Source: Candidatus Shapirobacteria bacterium
GTDB taxonomy: Bacteria > Patescibacteriota > Microgenomatia > UBA12405
Direction: 5' to 3'
Assembly (NCBI GenBank): GCA_041659325.1
Contig: JBAZYN010000002.1
Location: 64,513-128,512, forward strand
Length of the DNA stretch: 64,000 nucleotides
Numbering within the stretch: position 1 is the first letter of the stretch; each line of letters opens with the position of its first letter. Shown here in pieces: positions 48,630-58,382 of the stretch. The notes below the pieces were generated by a model. That model did no database searches. It saw only the letters and a program-made list of their open reading frames with translations, and was not told the origin of the DNA. The translations under genes were made by a program, and so were the position numbers.

Positions 48630-49322
48630 CTAATCAAATCTGGCGTTTTGTTTTAACTCCCGAACTTGGCTGACAATGTCGGGAATGAGGGCTCTGGCTA
48701 TCGACTCAAGATGATCCCCCCTACCTATATTGTGGAAATTTTCATTTTTTATCCAAGACGGATGGGAGGCTTGTTGAGGGACAACAGTATCATCCGGAGA
48801 ATTGTAAGCACTAATTTTTTCAGGTAAGTGAAGGGCTTCTATGACCTCTTGAGTGAGATTTTTAGTTAAAAATCTGGCAACTTGTTCAAAACCGGGGCTT
48901 GTAGTGGTTAGATGGGATAAGTCCAGGCTATTTAAATCAGGGTTTAATAAACCAGAAACTGAATAACCGTGGCGGATTTTGTGGTGGTATTCCGGCGTGA
49001 GCAAGTAAGCCATCATCAAGGCCGCGCCGGCGCTTACTGCAACGACTAGGGGTTGTTTTCCTCCGTCGATGGCTTCTTGAACGACGATATCCAGACGTCT
49101 GGCTTTTTCATCCAAATCTTCATCAGTCCTCCACCGAGGATCAAAAACTTTGACATCAAAAACCTTGTCCATGGTATTGACAATAGTATTGACAATGCCC
49201 TCGGGAAGGTCTTCTAATCCATCTTATCCACGTATAAGAATTACTTCTACCTGGTTTCTGTCGGCTTCCCGATTTTCCTGACCAAATAATCTTGACGGAT
49301 CAAAGCCAATAAATTCAGGCAT
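48630..49322 (-). pseudogene. alpha/beta-hydrolase-like gene with one in-frame stop
   Basis: ATG 49322 is in frame with the 49172 ORF; TAA at 49226-49224 in VILIRG*DG; AVSAGA, DDTVVP and GDH triad-like motifs. Confidence 0.6.
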
Positions 49323-49370
49323 ATGAGATTGTAACAGGAAAAGTGGGATTAGATGAAAAAATAGAGATGT

Positions 49371-50006
49371 TTATTTATTGATTTTTCGTGCAATAATAGC
49401 CTCGACAAAATGTACCGTTTCCTCCAGTTTTCCGTCGTAGTTTATAACCATTTGATCTATATATTCACCCCTGACAGACATCCAGGTTTCCCAGTCTACC
49501 CTAAGCCTGTCTATAAGCTGACGGCGACCGCCTTGGTCTCTGGCGGCTCTACGGCGCATTAGAGTCCATAGGTCAGGAGTCCCGATAAAAACTTTGGTCA
49601 TACGGGGAATGATTACTTTAGCCAGATCGGGAGCATGCTTCTCGAGCATAGCTCCATAATTAGCGGCGGCGACAGGATCAACTCTTAAAATCATATTGCC
49701 ACCGTTCGCAACCTGTTCAATTTGACTGCGCCTAAGACCTTTTCGGTCACCATAGTATTGGGCATATTCGACAAAGTCCCCTTCTTCTATCCCCTGGAGA
49801 AATTGGTCACGAGTCTCAAAAAAATAATCAATACCATCAACCTCGGTTAGATTGCCAGAAGAATCCCGACGAGGTGGTCTGGTGGTACTGGTGACTAAAA
49901 ATTTATATTCAGGATTTCTACGACGAAATCCGTCAACAACAGCATCTTTGCCTACCCCGGAGGGCCCGGTGATTATTAGCAAGTGGCCTTCGGGTGTACG
50001 ATTCAT
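49371..50006 (-). CDS. gmk: guanylate kinase
   Basis: TGPSGVGKD, TTRPPR..EVDGIDYFF, FVEYA. Confidence 0.85.
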   Translation of the reverse strand: MNRTPEGHLLIITGPSGVGKDAVVDGFRRRNPEYKFLVTSTTRPPRRDSSGNLTEVDGIDYFFETRDQFLQGIEEGDFVEYAQYYGDRKGLRRSQIEQVANGGNMILRVDPVAAANYGAMLEKHAPDLAKVIIPRMTKVFIGTPDLWTLMRRRAARDQGGRRQLIDRLRVDWETWMSVRGEYIDQMVINYDGKLEETVHFVEAIIARKINK

Positions 50007-50053
50007 TGGTCGATTATATTACAAAAAAAAGATTGTGGGGGTAAAATGAGGTA

Positions 50054-50695
50054 ATGAAGAAAATTATGGGAATAGGTTTAATCTTGGTCATTGGAATAAT
50101 GGCCGGGGGATGTTTGCAAAAAGAGACAGGTACGGCAGAGGGGGCAAAAAACGTACCCAAACCTCAGGAGAGAAGCGGAAATTGCACGGAAGAAGCGGTG
50201 GAAATTGAAGGATATGGAGACAAGGGCAAGAGGCTTAATAATTGTTTTGTAGAATACCCCGGCGAGCCATCTCGAGAAGATAAAAGTTATTATATAGTGG
50301 AGGATATTTGCGGACAGTTTACCAGGGAATTTGTGGAGAATAAGTTGGGAAAAACGATAACCAGAATCGAGCCGTCAGATATTGGCGGACTTTATAATTG
50401 TCGGTATTTTCTAAACGAAAGCGATGAGTATGTGGTGATATCCCTGGAATATTTAACAATTGAAAACCAAAAGAAGGGCCATGAATCAATGGGGAGAAAG
50501 ACAGAGACGAGCGAAAAAATTCCGATGAGAAACTTGTTGGTATGGCAGGAGGATGGAGCGCTCAACAGTCTTTATTTGGTACTGGGTGATGAGAAGTTTA
50601 TCTCTATCGGCAGATCTCCCGACTCGGGGTTGACGGCAGATGAGCTGATTGGTTTAGCAGCAGAGATAGCATTAGAGATAAAAAATTATAAATAA
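50054..50695 (+). CDS. putative lipoprotein
   Basis: MKK + hydrophobic stretch + AGGC. Confidence 0.75.
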   Translation: MKKIMGIGLILVIGIMAGGCLQKETGTAEGAKNVPKPQERSGNCTEEAVEIEGYGDKGKRLNNCFVEYPGEPSREDKSYYIVEDICGQFTREFVENKLGKTITRIEPSDIGGLYNCRYFLNESDEYVVISLEYLTIENQKKGHESMGRKTETSEKIPMRNLLVWQEDGALNSLYLVLGDEKFISIGRSPDSGLTADELIGLAAEIALEIKNYK

Positions 50696-50897
50696 AGAGA
50701 CGGATAGCTTTTAGACAAAAGCTAGTCGAGTTTCAAGGATTGTTTGGGTTGATGCCAAAAGCTGGCTGATTTTCCATATATATTTCAGGCACGGATTTGA
50801 TACATTGCAATTGGACGGAATAATTATATGCTTGCTTTTACATAGATTTTTTTGAGAGAAATTAGATTAACAATTTAAAAAATAAAACAAGAAAAAA

Positions 50898-52175
50898 ATG
50901 AAATTTTTGTTCATTTCGAAGGAGGCATTAATCTCGGATATTGCCTGGCAAATTATCAAGGAAGGGCACGAAGCGAAGTATTTTATTGAAGAAAAGAGCG
51001 AGCAGGAAATCGGGGACGGGTTTGTACCAAAGACCAACAACTGGGAAAAAGAGGTTAAGTGGGCGGATGTAATTGTCTTTGATGACGTTTTGGGACAGGG
51101 GAAGATTGCTCATGAACTGAGAGAGCGGGGTAAAAAAGTAATCGGGGGAACGCATTATACAGACAGACTGGAGGATGACCGCTCGTTTGGACAGGAAGAA
51201 TTAAAAAGGCACAAGGTAAACATTCTTCCCTACCAGGATTTTTTTAGCTTTGATGAGGCGATTGATTATGTACAGAAAAATCCTGACGAGTATGTGATTA
51301 AGCCATGCGGAGAGGCAGCAAACATTAAGCGGTTACTGTTTGTGGGGATGGAGAAGGATGGCGGCGATGTAGTGAGAGTACTGCAATCATATAAAAAAGT
51401 ATGGTCAGAAGAAATAAAACAATTTCAGCTACAAAAGAGGGTGACAGGGGTAGAGGTGGCGGTTGGGGCTTTTTTTAACGGCCACAAGTTTATTAAACCA
51501 ATAAATATAAATTTTGAACACAAGAAATTGTTTCCGGGGAATATCGGACCGGCAACAGGAGAGATGGGAACCAGTATGTTTTGGAGTGATGGGAACAAAC
51601 TTTTTGATAACACCTTGCTAAAAATGGAACCAACATTGGCAAAAGAAGGTTATGTAGGATATATCGATTTAAACTGTATAGTAAACGGAAACGGGATCTA
51701 CCCGCTGGAATTTACATCAAGATTCGGATATCCGACTATCAGCATTCAATATGATTCGATGATTACGCCAATCGGCCAATTTTTCTATGATTTGGCAAAC
51801 GGCAAAGACATTGATTTGAAGGTGAGAAAAGGATTTCAGGTGGGGGTAAGAGTAGTGGTCCCCCCTTATCCATTTAGAGACAAAAAAACCTTTAATTCTT
51901 ATTCCAAAAAAGCAACTATTGTCTTTAAAAAAATGGATCACTATGAGGGGATTCACATCGAGGACGTAAAAATAGTTAAAGGGGAATGGGTGGTGACGGG
52001 AGGCTCGGGAGTGGCGCTGATCGTGGTGGGGACGGGGTTGACGATGAGAGATGCCCAGAGGCAGGCATATGGAAGAATCGATAACATCCTAATACCAAAT
52101 ATGTATTATCGAAAAGATATCGGAGACCGATGGTACGAAGAAGGCGATAAGCTTTTGATGTGGGGAGTGATATAA
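50898..52175 (+). CDS. PurD-like ATP-grasp ligase (divergent phosphoribosylamine-glycine ligase family)
   Basis: LEDDRSFG, YVIKP, FEHKKLF.G..GPATGEMG, LEFTSRFGYP, YYRKDIG. Confidence 0.8.
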   Translation: MKFLFISKEALISDIAWQIIKEGHEAKYFIEEKSEQEIGDGFVPKTNNWEKEVKWADVIVFDDVLGQGKIAHELRERGKKVIGGTHYTDRLEDDRSFGQEELKRHKVNILPYQDFFSFDEAIDYVQKNPDEYVIKPCGEAANIKRLLFVGMEKDGGDVVRVLQSYKKVWSEEIKQFQLQKRVTGVEVAVGAFFNGHKFIKPININFEHKKLFPGNIGPATGEMGTSMFWSDGNKLFDNTLLKMEPTLAKEGYVGYIDLNCIVNGNGIYPLEFTSRFGYPTISIQYDSMITPIGQFFYDLANGKDIDLKVRKGFQVGVRVVVPPYPFRDKKTFNSYSKKATIVFKKMDHYEGIHIEDVKIVKGEWVVTGGSGVALIVVGTGLTMRDAQRQAYGRIDNILIPNMYYRKDIGDRWYEEGDKLLMWGVI

Positions 52176-52193
52176 AAAACCGACTGTTAAACC

Positions 52194-52222
52194 AAAAAGC
52201 CCCGTCTTGGACGGGGCTTTTT
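52194..52222. terminator. bidirectional intrinsic terminator
   Basis: AAAAAGCCCCGTC-TTG-GACGGGGCTTTTT between convergent genes. Confidence 0.9.
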
Positions 52223-52266
52223 TAGTTCAATTCTAATCCTTATGTTAGAGCCGGGGTCGAAACTGG

Positions 52267-54312
52267 CTATCTGACGACCACAGTTTTTCTGATTACAGCA
52301 GCGGCGTAGTCAAAGATAGTGGTAGCAGGGACCCGATAGTTTTTGATGGAGGCCTGATCACCGACTTCAACCATGACGACATAGGTGCTACCAATTTCGG
52401 CGGTGGTCGGGATTGTCCAGGTACGACTGTTTATAGAGCCTGCTTTGCCCAAATCACCGGCGTTTTCTGCAGTGACGTTGCTTTTGTAGACTTCGATTTC
52501 TACCGGCTTGTAGCGATCGTAACAACTCATAGCATAGACTCCGTCACCATCGGTGGCGCCCCAGACTTTGTAGGTAACACCCTTTAGCAGTCTTGGCCTG
52601 ACATCAAAGTCAAAGTCAATCTTTCTGGTGTTGTTGGTAACCAGCATTGACCTTTGGCCCCCCTTGGAACAAGCGACCGGGTTGGTCGGGAGGTTGTACA
52701 TGTGATGAGCCTCATTGGGCCTGGAATCAAGATCGTAGTTATTGTCGGAGACTAAGCCGGCGCTATCGGTAATGATGACGTGGGCGCTCCAGGCAGCTGA
52801 GCTAGCATTTTTGAAAGGAATGCTTAAGCTCGAAACGACCATGTCTTGGGTAGGAACAATAGTACCGATCTGGGTCCAGTATTGATTGGACATCTTTTTG
52901 ACCGGATATAGTTTACTGCCATCATGATTGGCACAGCCGTAACCGATGGCTACAGCCAAAGAGTCGATGGCATCCTGCCTGTAGTAATTAAAACGGTAGG
53001 TTAATGGCGCATGAGTAGAAACACCATTAGCCTTGAGGGTAATGGTTTCACCGGGGGCCGGATTCTCGTTGCTAACGGTAAAATCGGTAACCCTAACGAG
53101 ACGGTCACAGGAGCTACAGCAGCCTGCCCCTATCGGTAAGTAACTACACTTGACATCGCCACCGTTTGACATGTCCGGCTCTCTATATGACATAGTGCAT
53201 TTACAGTCTTCACAAACCGGATACTTTGGCGGCGGGGGCGTGGGAGTCTTTGTCGGAGTTATGGTGGTCCTGGGAATGGTGGGAGTAACGGTGGTGGGAG
53301 AACACACACAGGCCGGATAATCAGGACAGCTTCGATTTCGACATCGCATGGTACCAGTAACGGTATCGGTGTAACAATGACCAGTGGAACATTGGGCATC
53401 GTAACTACAAGATGCGTTACAACTTAATTTGGTAGTCGGAGGTGTGGGAGTCTTTGTCGGGGTGATGGTTGTAGGACAGCTACAAGCGGTGTAATCCGGA
53501 CAACTTCGATTACGACATCGCTTGGTGCCGGTGATGGTGTCGGTATAACAGTAGCCAGTGGAGCATTGGGCATCGGAACTACAAGACTGATTACAGCCAA
53601 CCTGACACTGACAGTCTGCGTAATCCGGACAATTTCGATTTCGACAAACCATAGCACCAACGATTGGATCGATAGCACAATAGCCGGTGGAACATTGGGC
53701 GTCGGCACTACAAGATGCGCTGCAACTTAATTTGGTGGTGGGAGGAGTAGGAGTGGAGGTAACGGTGGTGGTACCACTACAAGTGGCGCTGTCCCACTTA
53801 CAACCTTTTTTGGCACAACTCCAGCCATTACCACTGGCATCAACCTGATAAACTCCACATTTGACACTTGAAGTAAGACTGTATTTTCCGGGACCATAAC
53901 TTTTGGTGGTAGTGGCACAGCCGACACCCTGCTGGGCGTCTGCCTGACACTGCTCTTTGGTTTTGCCCGGATAATATTCCTGCTTACAGTTGGCGATAGC
54001 AAGATTGACGGTACCACCAGTAACAGTAAAGCTGTCACAATTACCGGTGATGGTAACTCCACTTGTAGAAGTATTACATTGACACTTACCGCTTATCCAG
54101 GCGCAACCGCTACCGGCATGGGACCAACAGTTGGACTCAGAGGTGGCACCATCACAAGTCGTCGAAACACAACCCGCGGCGAGATTACGGGTGTCTTGAT
54201 TTGATTGAGACAGTTTTGTGGCGATGGGGATGGCCAGAGCCATGATAACCAGACCAATTATTAGCGGGATTTGTGTTAAACCAAATTGATTGAATAGATT
54301 TTTTATCTTCAT
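52267..54312 (-). CDS. Cys-rich, membrane-anchored surface protein with P/T linkers
   Basis: N-terminal TM + QDTRNLAA; many Cys; TPTPP linkers. Confidence 0.85.
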   Translation of the reverse strand: MKIKNLFNQFGLTQIPLIIGLVIMALAIPIATKLSQSNQDTRNLAAGCVSTTCDGATSESNCWSHAGSGCAWISGKCQCNTSTSGVTITGNCDSFTVTGGTVNLAIANCKQEYYPGKTKEQCQADAQQGVGCATTTKSYGPGKYSLTSSVKCGVYQVDASGNGWSCAKKGCKWDSATCSGTTTVTSTPTPPTTKLSCSASCSADAQCSTGYCAIDPIVGAMVCRNRNCPDYADCQCQVGCNQSCSSDAQCSTGYCYTDTITGTKRCRNRSCPDYTACSCPTTITPTKTPTPPTTKLSCNASCSYDAQCSTGHCYTDTVTGTMRCRNRSCPDYPACVCSPTTVTPTIPRTTITPTKTPTPPPPKYPVCEDCKCTMSYREPDMSNGGDVKCSYLPIGAGCCSSCDRLVRVTDFTVSNENPAPGETITLKANGVSTHAPLTYRFNYYRQDAIDSLAVAIGYGCANHDGSKLYPVKKMSNQYWTQIGTIVPTQDMVVSSLSIPFKNASSAAWSAHVIITDSAGLVSDNNYDLDSRPNEAHHMYNLPTNPVACSKGGQRSMLVTNNTRKIDFDFDVRPRLLKGVTYKVWGATDGDGVYAMSCYDRYKPVEIEVYKSNVTAENAGDLGKAGSINSRTWTIPTTAEIGSTYVVMVEVGDQASIKNYRVPATTIFDYAAAVIRKTVVVR
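53302..53724 (-). repeat. three 40-aa eight-Cys repeats
   Basis: 120-nt units at 53605-53724, 53476-53595 and 53302-53421 (CxxSCSxDAQCSTGxCxxDxxxGxxxCRNRxCPDYxxCxC). Confidence 0.9.
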
Positions 54313-54472
54313 AGTTTAATACTATGACGATTTGATATTTAGTGTCAAGGACTTGGATTGGCGAATAATGCTGAGATATCAAAAAAATTGAAAGCGACCG
54401 TTTTTTGATTTTGTTAGTGGACAATTTAGTGATTATATATGATGCCTTATGAGATATAATTATTATTAATAT

Positions 54473-54664
54473 ATGAGATCGATAGTAAACATATCAATGC
54501 CAAAACAGTTGGTTGAGGCGGTCGAGGAAGGAGTAGCCCAGGGGGGATATGCTAGCAAAAGTGAATTTTTCAGGATGCTTGTAAAGCAGTGGCTAAAAAG
54601 AAGGTCAAGACAGGGGAGCAGTAAATACTCGGCCGGGATAAAGGTAAGAAGTTTAAGGGGGTAG
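54473..54664 (+). CDS. ribbon-helix-helix (CopG-like) protein
   Basis: IVNISMP..L...V....YASKSEFFR. Confidence 0.75.
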   Translation: MRSIVNISMPKQLVEAVEEGVAQGGYASKSEFFRMLVKQWLKRRSRQGSSKYSAGIKVRSLRG

Positions 54665-55348
54665 GTGAAAATCTATTGGAGAAAATAGTGATTTTATGGG
54701 TTTATAGCTTTTGCGGTGGATGGGGCAGATGCCTAATTTCTGCAAAGAAGAAAAATGAGCGGCGGTGCCATAACCTTTGTTTTGACCAAAACCATAACCG
54801 GGGTAACTTTGATCGTATTGGTCCATTTTTTGGTCGCGGACAACTTTGGCACAGATTGAGGCGGCGGCGACAGAAAAGCAGGAAGAGTCGGCTTTGACAA
54901 TTGATTTAATCCCTCTCCGCTCGTTAAACTCGGGGTTTCTCCCTTTGACAAGGGAGAGGTTGTTGAATTGATAATTTCCGTCGACCAGACAGAAATCGAA
55001 TTGGCCGCGAAAATGGTCAAGGATGTACAAAATTAAACCTTTGATGGTAGGAGCGATTCCCCTTTCGTCGATTTTTGAAGATGAAGCGGAAACAACCTGA
55101 AAGGTGAAATTGTTTTGTTGAAAATATGAAAATATTTTTTGTCTATTTTTATTGGTAACTTTTTTGGAATCACGGACACCGAGCTTGATAAATTCATCTG
55201 GGTTGAACTTTTCAAGATCCAGGAGAAAGGCGCCAATAGTGACAGGACCAGCCCAAGGACCACGGCCAACTTCGTCAATACCTAAAAGATAGCGGACCCC
55301 GGAAGGGAGGAGTGAGCGCTCGTAACTAAAATCCGGATTAACGACCAT
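54653..55348 (-). CDS. rnhB: ribonuclease HII (contains an in-frame palindromic insert)
   Basis: GIDEVGRGPWAGPV, DSKK, VDGN, AAASICAKVVRD, NKGYGT, HRKSY. Confidence 0.95.
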   Translation of the reverse strand: MVVNPDFSYERSLLPSGVRYLLGIDEVGRGPWAGPVTIGAFLLDLEKFNPDEFIKLGVRDSKKVTNKNRQKIFSYFQQNNFTFQVVSASSSKIDERGIAPTIKGLILYILDHFRGQFDFCLVDGNYQFNNLSLVKGRNPEFNERRGIKSIVKADSSCFSVAAASICAKVVRDQKMDQYDQSYPGYGFGQNKGYGTAAHFSSLQKLGICPIHRKSYKPIKSLFSPIDFHLPP

Positions 55349-55357
55349 TAGGATAGT

Positions 55358-56410
55358 TTAGCGGGTAATGACTCCCCGATTGTTATTTTCGAAGGTAACG
55401 GAATTGGTGACCTGAACAAAACGGGCTTTTTGATGGAGTTCGTCGATATTGAAGGCGCCACTATAACTAAGACCGGAACGAACCCCCTTGTCAATTTGGC
55501 CAAGAATGGCAGCCACGGGGCCACGGTATTCAACACAGCCCTCGATACCCTCGACAAAGTCGACATAGTCGGCTGATTTTTCGGCAGGATTTTTTCCCAT
55601 TTGGCGGATTTTTTCGGCACGGGAGGTGGAACCGTTGTATTCCTTGTATTTTTTGCCGTCGGAGTCGATAACAGAACCAGGGCATTCGTCGGTACCGGCT
55701 AAAAGCTTACCGGCAGTAACGGCATTGGCACCAGCCGCCAGGGCCTTAACGATATCTCCGGAGTTTTTTATACCACCATCGGCAATTATGGGCCTACCAA
55801 ATTCACGACCGGCCCGAGCGGCCTCCAAAACGGCGGTAATTTGGGGCATACCAGAACCGGTAGCAATACGGGTGGTGCAGATCGACCCGGTACCTATACC
55901 GACTCTGACCGAGTCGGCGCCGGCGATAAAAAGATCTTTGGCCCCTTCGTAAGTAGCGATAGCGCCGGCGATAATTTCCAGATCCGGATACTTTGATTTG
56001 ACAGTTTGGATAAATTCAAGGCATGATTCCTGGTGGGCATGAGCAACATCAATGGTGATAACTTTGGCACCAACAGAAACAAGAGCGGATACCCTATCTA
56101 GCTCTCCGGGCTTGATACCAACCGCAGGGATAACGATAAAACCAGCATCAATAATTTGTTTTATTTCCTTTGATTGAATTTCCGGCGGAGCGAAGCGGGG
56201 ATAAAAACTAGTACCACCAAACTCGGCCATGGCGAGAGCCATATTGACTCCGGTAATACAATCCATATTAATAGAGATAACCGGAAAGTTAATTTCTATT
56301 TTGGGGGTGAGGTGAGTTTTTAGGGACACCTGACTGCGGGATTTGACGGCAGATCTTTGGGGGGTCAACAAGACATCGGCAAAGGTTAAAGCTTGAGGTA
56401 TTTTTTGCAC
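55358..56410 (-). CDS. guaB: IMP dehydrogenase / GMP reductase family protein without CBS domains
   Basis: [36 protein letters not shown]; direction of reaction cannot be told from sequence. Confidence 0.8.
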   Translation of the reverse strand: MQKIPQALTFADVLLTPQRSAVKSRSQVSLKTHLTPKIEINFPVISINMDCITGVNMALAMAEFGGTSFYPRFAPPEIQSKEIKQIIDAGFIVIPAVGIKPGELDRVSALVSVGAKVITIDVAHAHQESCLEFIQTVKSKYPDLEIIAGAIATYEGAKDLFIAGADSVRVGIGTGSICTTRIATGSGMPQITAVLEAARAGREFGRPIIADGGIKNSGDIVKALAAGANAVTAGKLLAGTDECPGSVIDSDGKKYKEYNGSTSRAEKIRQMGKNPAEKSADYVDFVEGIEGCVEYRGPVAAILGQIDKGVRSGLSYSGAFNIDELHQKARFVQVTNSVTFENNNRGVITR

Positions 56411-56456
56411 GCCAGGTAAGAGTGTAACATATAGGTCTACCTGTTAGAATAAGACT

Positions 56457-58382
56457 GTGAAAACGCATAGCGGAGTGAGATGGAATCTTGATGATATATT
56501 GCCAAGAGACAAGTTTGATGAGCTTGAGAGGGAAATCGAAGAAGCACTAAAGAAAATCGACGAGTATGTGGCGGAATTGTCAAACGGGATGAGCTTGGAA
56601 AAATTTCGGGAAATAACGGAATATTGCGAGACCCTCAGCCAAAAATTATCCAGATTGATAACTTTGCCGGAGCTGATTGAGTCAACCGATCAAAAGGACC
56701 GAAAGGCTAAAATATTAAAAAGCAGAGCTAATAATATCTCCCTAAAATACACGGATAGGGTAAGGAAAATTTATCATTGGGTAAAAGGGTTTAACGGCGG
56801 ACTGGATGAAGTAAACGCCCAAAGGCTGTTTGCCGGGGTACCTGATTTGAAATATGTTTTGGATTATTCAAGAAAAGCGGCAAAACATAGTTTGTCTGAG
56901 AAGGAAGAAAGCATTGTTGACAACAAGGATGTGAGCGGTGTTGAAGCGCTGGCGGATCTGCGAACGATAATAGAGACGGAGTTTAAATACAGTCTAAAAG
57001 TCTTAAAGTCGAAAAGTCTTAAAGTCGAAAAGCCATGCCTGCCCACCCCGGCGGGTAAACCGGCAGGCAGGTCTGATAGTCTTTTGCCTGAGGCGGATCA
57101 GCCGATGGTTGAGAAAGTTATAGAAACACAGGCGGAGCTGACGGCTTTGTTCCACTCGCCAAAAGCAGAGTTAAGAGAGGCGGCATACCGGGCACTTTTA
57201 GAGAAACATGAAGAAAATCTGGATAAATTTTTTTTGATTTATCAGGCAGTGGCGAAAGACTGGGATTACGAGGCAAAAATCAGGGGATATGCCTCCCCGC
57301 TTTCGATGAGAAATTTTGGCAACCAAGTTAGTGACAAATCGGTTGAGGTGCTGCTGAGAGTGGTGGCAAAAAACAAAGGGGTTTTTAAAAACTATTTTGA
57401 GTATAAGGCCAAAAAACTTGGGGTTAAAAAATTAAGCAGGTTTGATTTGTATGCACCCATCAGTAAAAAGTCTGAAAGCCATGCCTGCCGGCAGGCAGGT
57501 CTGAAAGTCTTAAAGTCTAAAAGTCTTAAAGTAATAAGTTTTGAGGAAGCGGAGAAAATGGTCTTGGGGGCGTTTGAGGAGTTTAGCCCAAGATTTGCTG
57601 ATTTTGGAAGAAAAATTATTGAAGAAAATCATATTGATTCGCACCCGAGAGTGGGAAAAAGAAGCGGAGCTTTTTGTGCTAACGTCGGACCGGCGGTTAC
57701 TCCGTATGTAATGCTGAACCATACCGGAAGATTTAGAGATGTGACGACTTTGGCACACGAATTGGGCCATGGAATTCACAGCCTTTATGCCAACTCCCAC
57801 TATCCGTCTAGCCAACACGCCGGATTGACATTGGCAGAGACAGCGTCGACTTTTGGAGAGATGATTTTGTTTGAAAAAATGTTTAAAGAAACTAAGGGTA
57901 AGCAAGAGAAAGAGGAGATGTTGGTTGAAAAAATAGCGGATTCTTATGCAACTATAATGAGGCAGTCATATTTTATTGATTTTGAAATAAAGGCACACGA
58001 GACAGTTCAGGAAGGGATAAGTGCCGACGAATTGTCGAAGCTCTGGCTGAGTACCTTAGAGGATCAATTTGGCGAAAGTGTTTTTGTGGACAAAGTTTTT
58101 GGAAGTGAGTGGTCCTATATCCCCCATATCGTCGAAACTCCCTTTTATTGCTACGCATATAGCTTCGGAGAGCTTTTGTCGTACTCACTTTTTTCAAGAT
58201 ATAAAAAAGAGGGAAAAAGTTTTGTGCCAAAAATAGAAAAAATATTGACAGCCGGCGGGTCGGAGGATCCGGGATTGATTTTGAAAAATGTCGGGATTGA
58301 TATCGAGTCGGAGCAGTTTTGGCAGGAAGGGTTTGAACTTATAAAAGAGTGGAGTAGCCGATTAAGTGATAATGACTTCTGA
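56457..58382 (+). CDS. pepF: oligoendopeptidase F (M3B) with two in-frame repeat insertions
   Basis: WNLDDI, GKRSGAFC, TLAHELGHGIH, LAETASTFGE, HIVETPFYCYAY. Confidence 0.93.
   Translation: MKTHSGVRWNLDDILPRDKFDELEREIEEALKKIDEYVAELSNGMSLEKFREITEYCETLSQKLSRLITLPELIESTDQKDRKAKILKSRANNISLKYTDRVRKIYHWVKGFNGGLDEVNAQRLFAGVPDLKYVLDYSRKAAKHSLSEKEESIVDNKDVSGVEALADLRTIIETEFKYSLKVLKSKSLKVEKPCLPTPAGKPAGRSDSLLPEADQPMVEKVIETQAELTALFHSPKAELREAAYRALLEKHEENLDKFFLIYQAVAKDWDYEAKIRGYASPLSMRNFGNQVSDKSVEVLLRVVAKNKGVFKNYFEYKAKKLGVKKLSRFDLYAPISKKSESHACRQAGLKVLKSKSLKVISFEEAEKMVLGAFEEFSPRFADFGRKIIEENHIDSHPRVGKRSGAFCANVGPAVTPYVMLNHTGRFRDVTTLAHELGHGIHSLYANSHYPSSQHAGLTLAETASTFGEMILFEKMFKETKGKQEKEEMLVEKIADSYATIMRQSYFIDFEIKAHETVQEGISADELSKLWLSTLEDQFGESVFVDKVFGSEWSYIPHIVETPFYCYAYSFGELLSYSLFSRYKKEGKSFVPKIEKILTAGGSEDPGLILKNVGIDIESEQFWQEGFELIKEWSSRLSDNDF

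Noticed and set aside
50696-50897. Purine or ZTP riboswitch upstream of the purD-like gene
   Set aside because: No recognisable aptamer consensus; only a small hairpin near 50705-50724.
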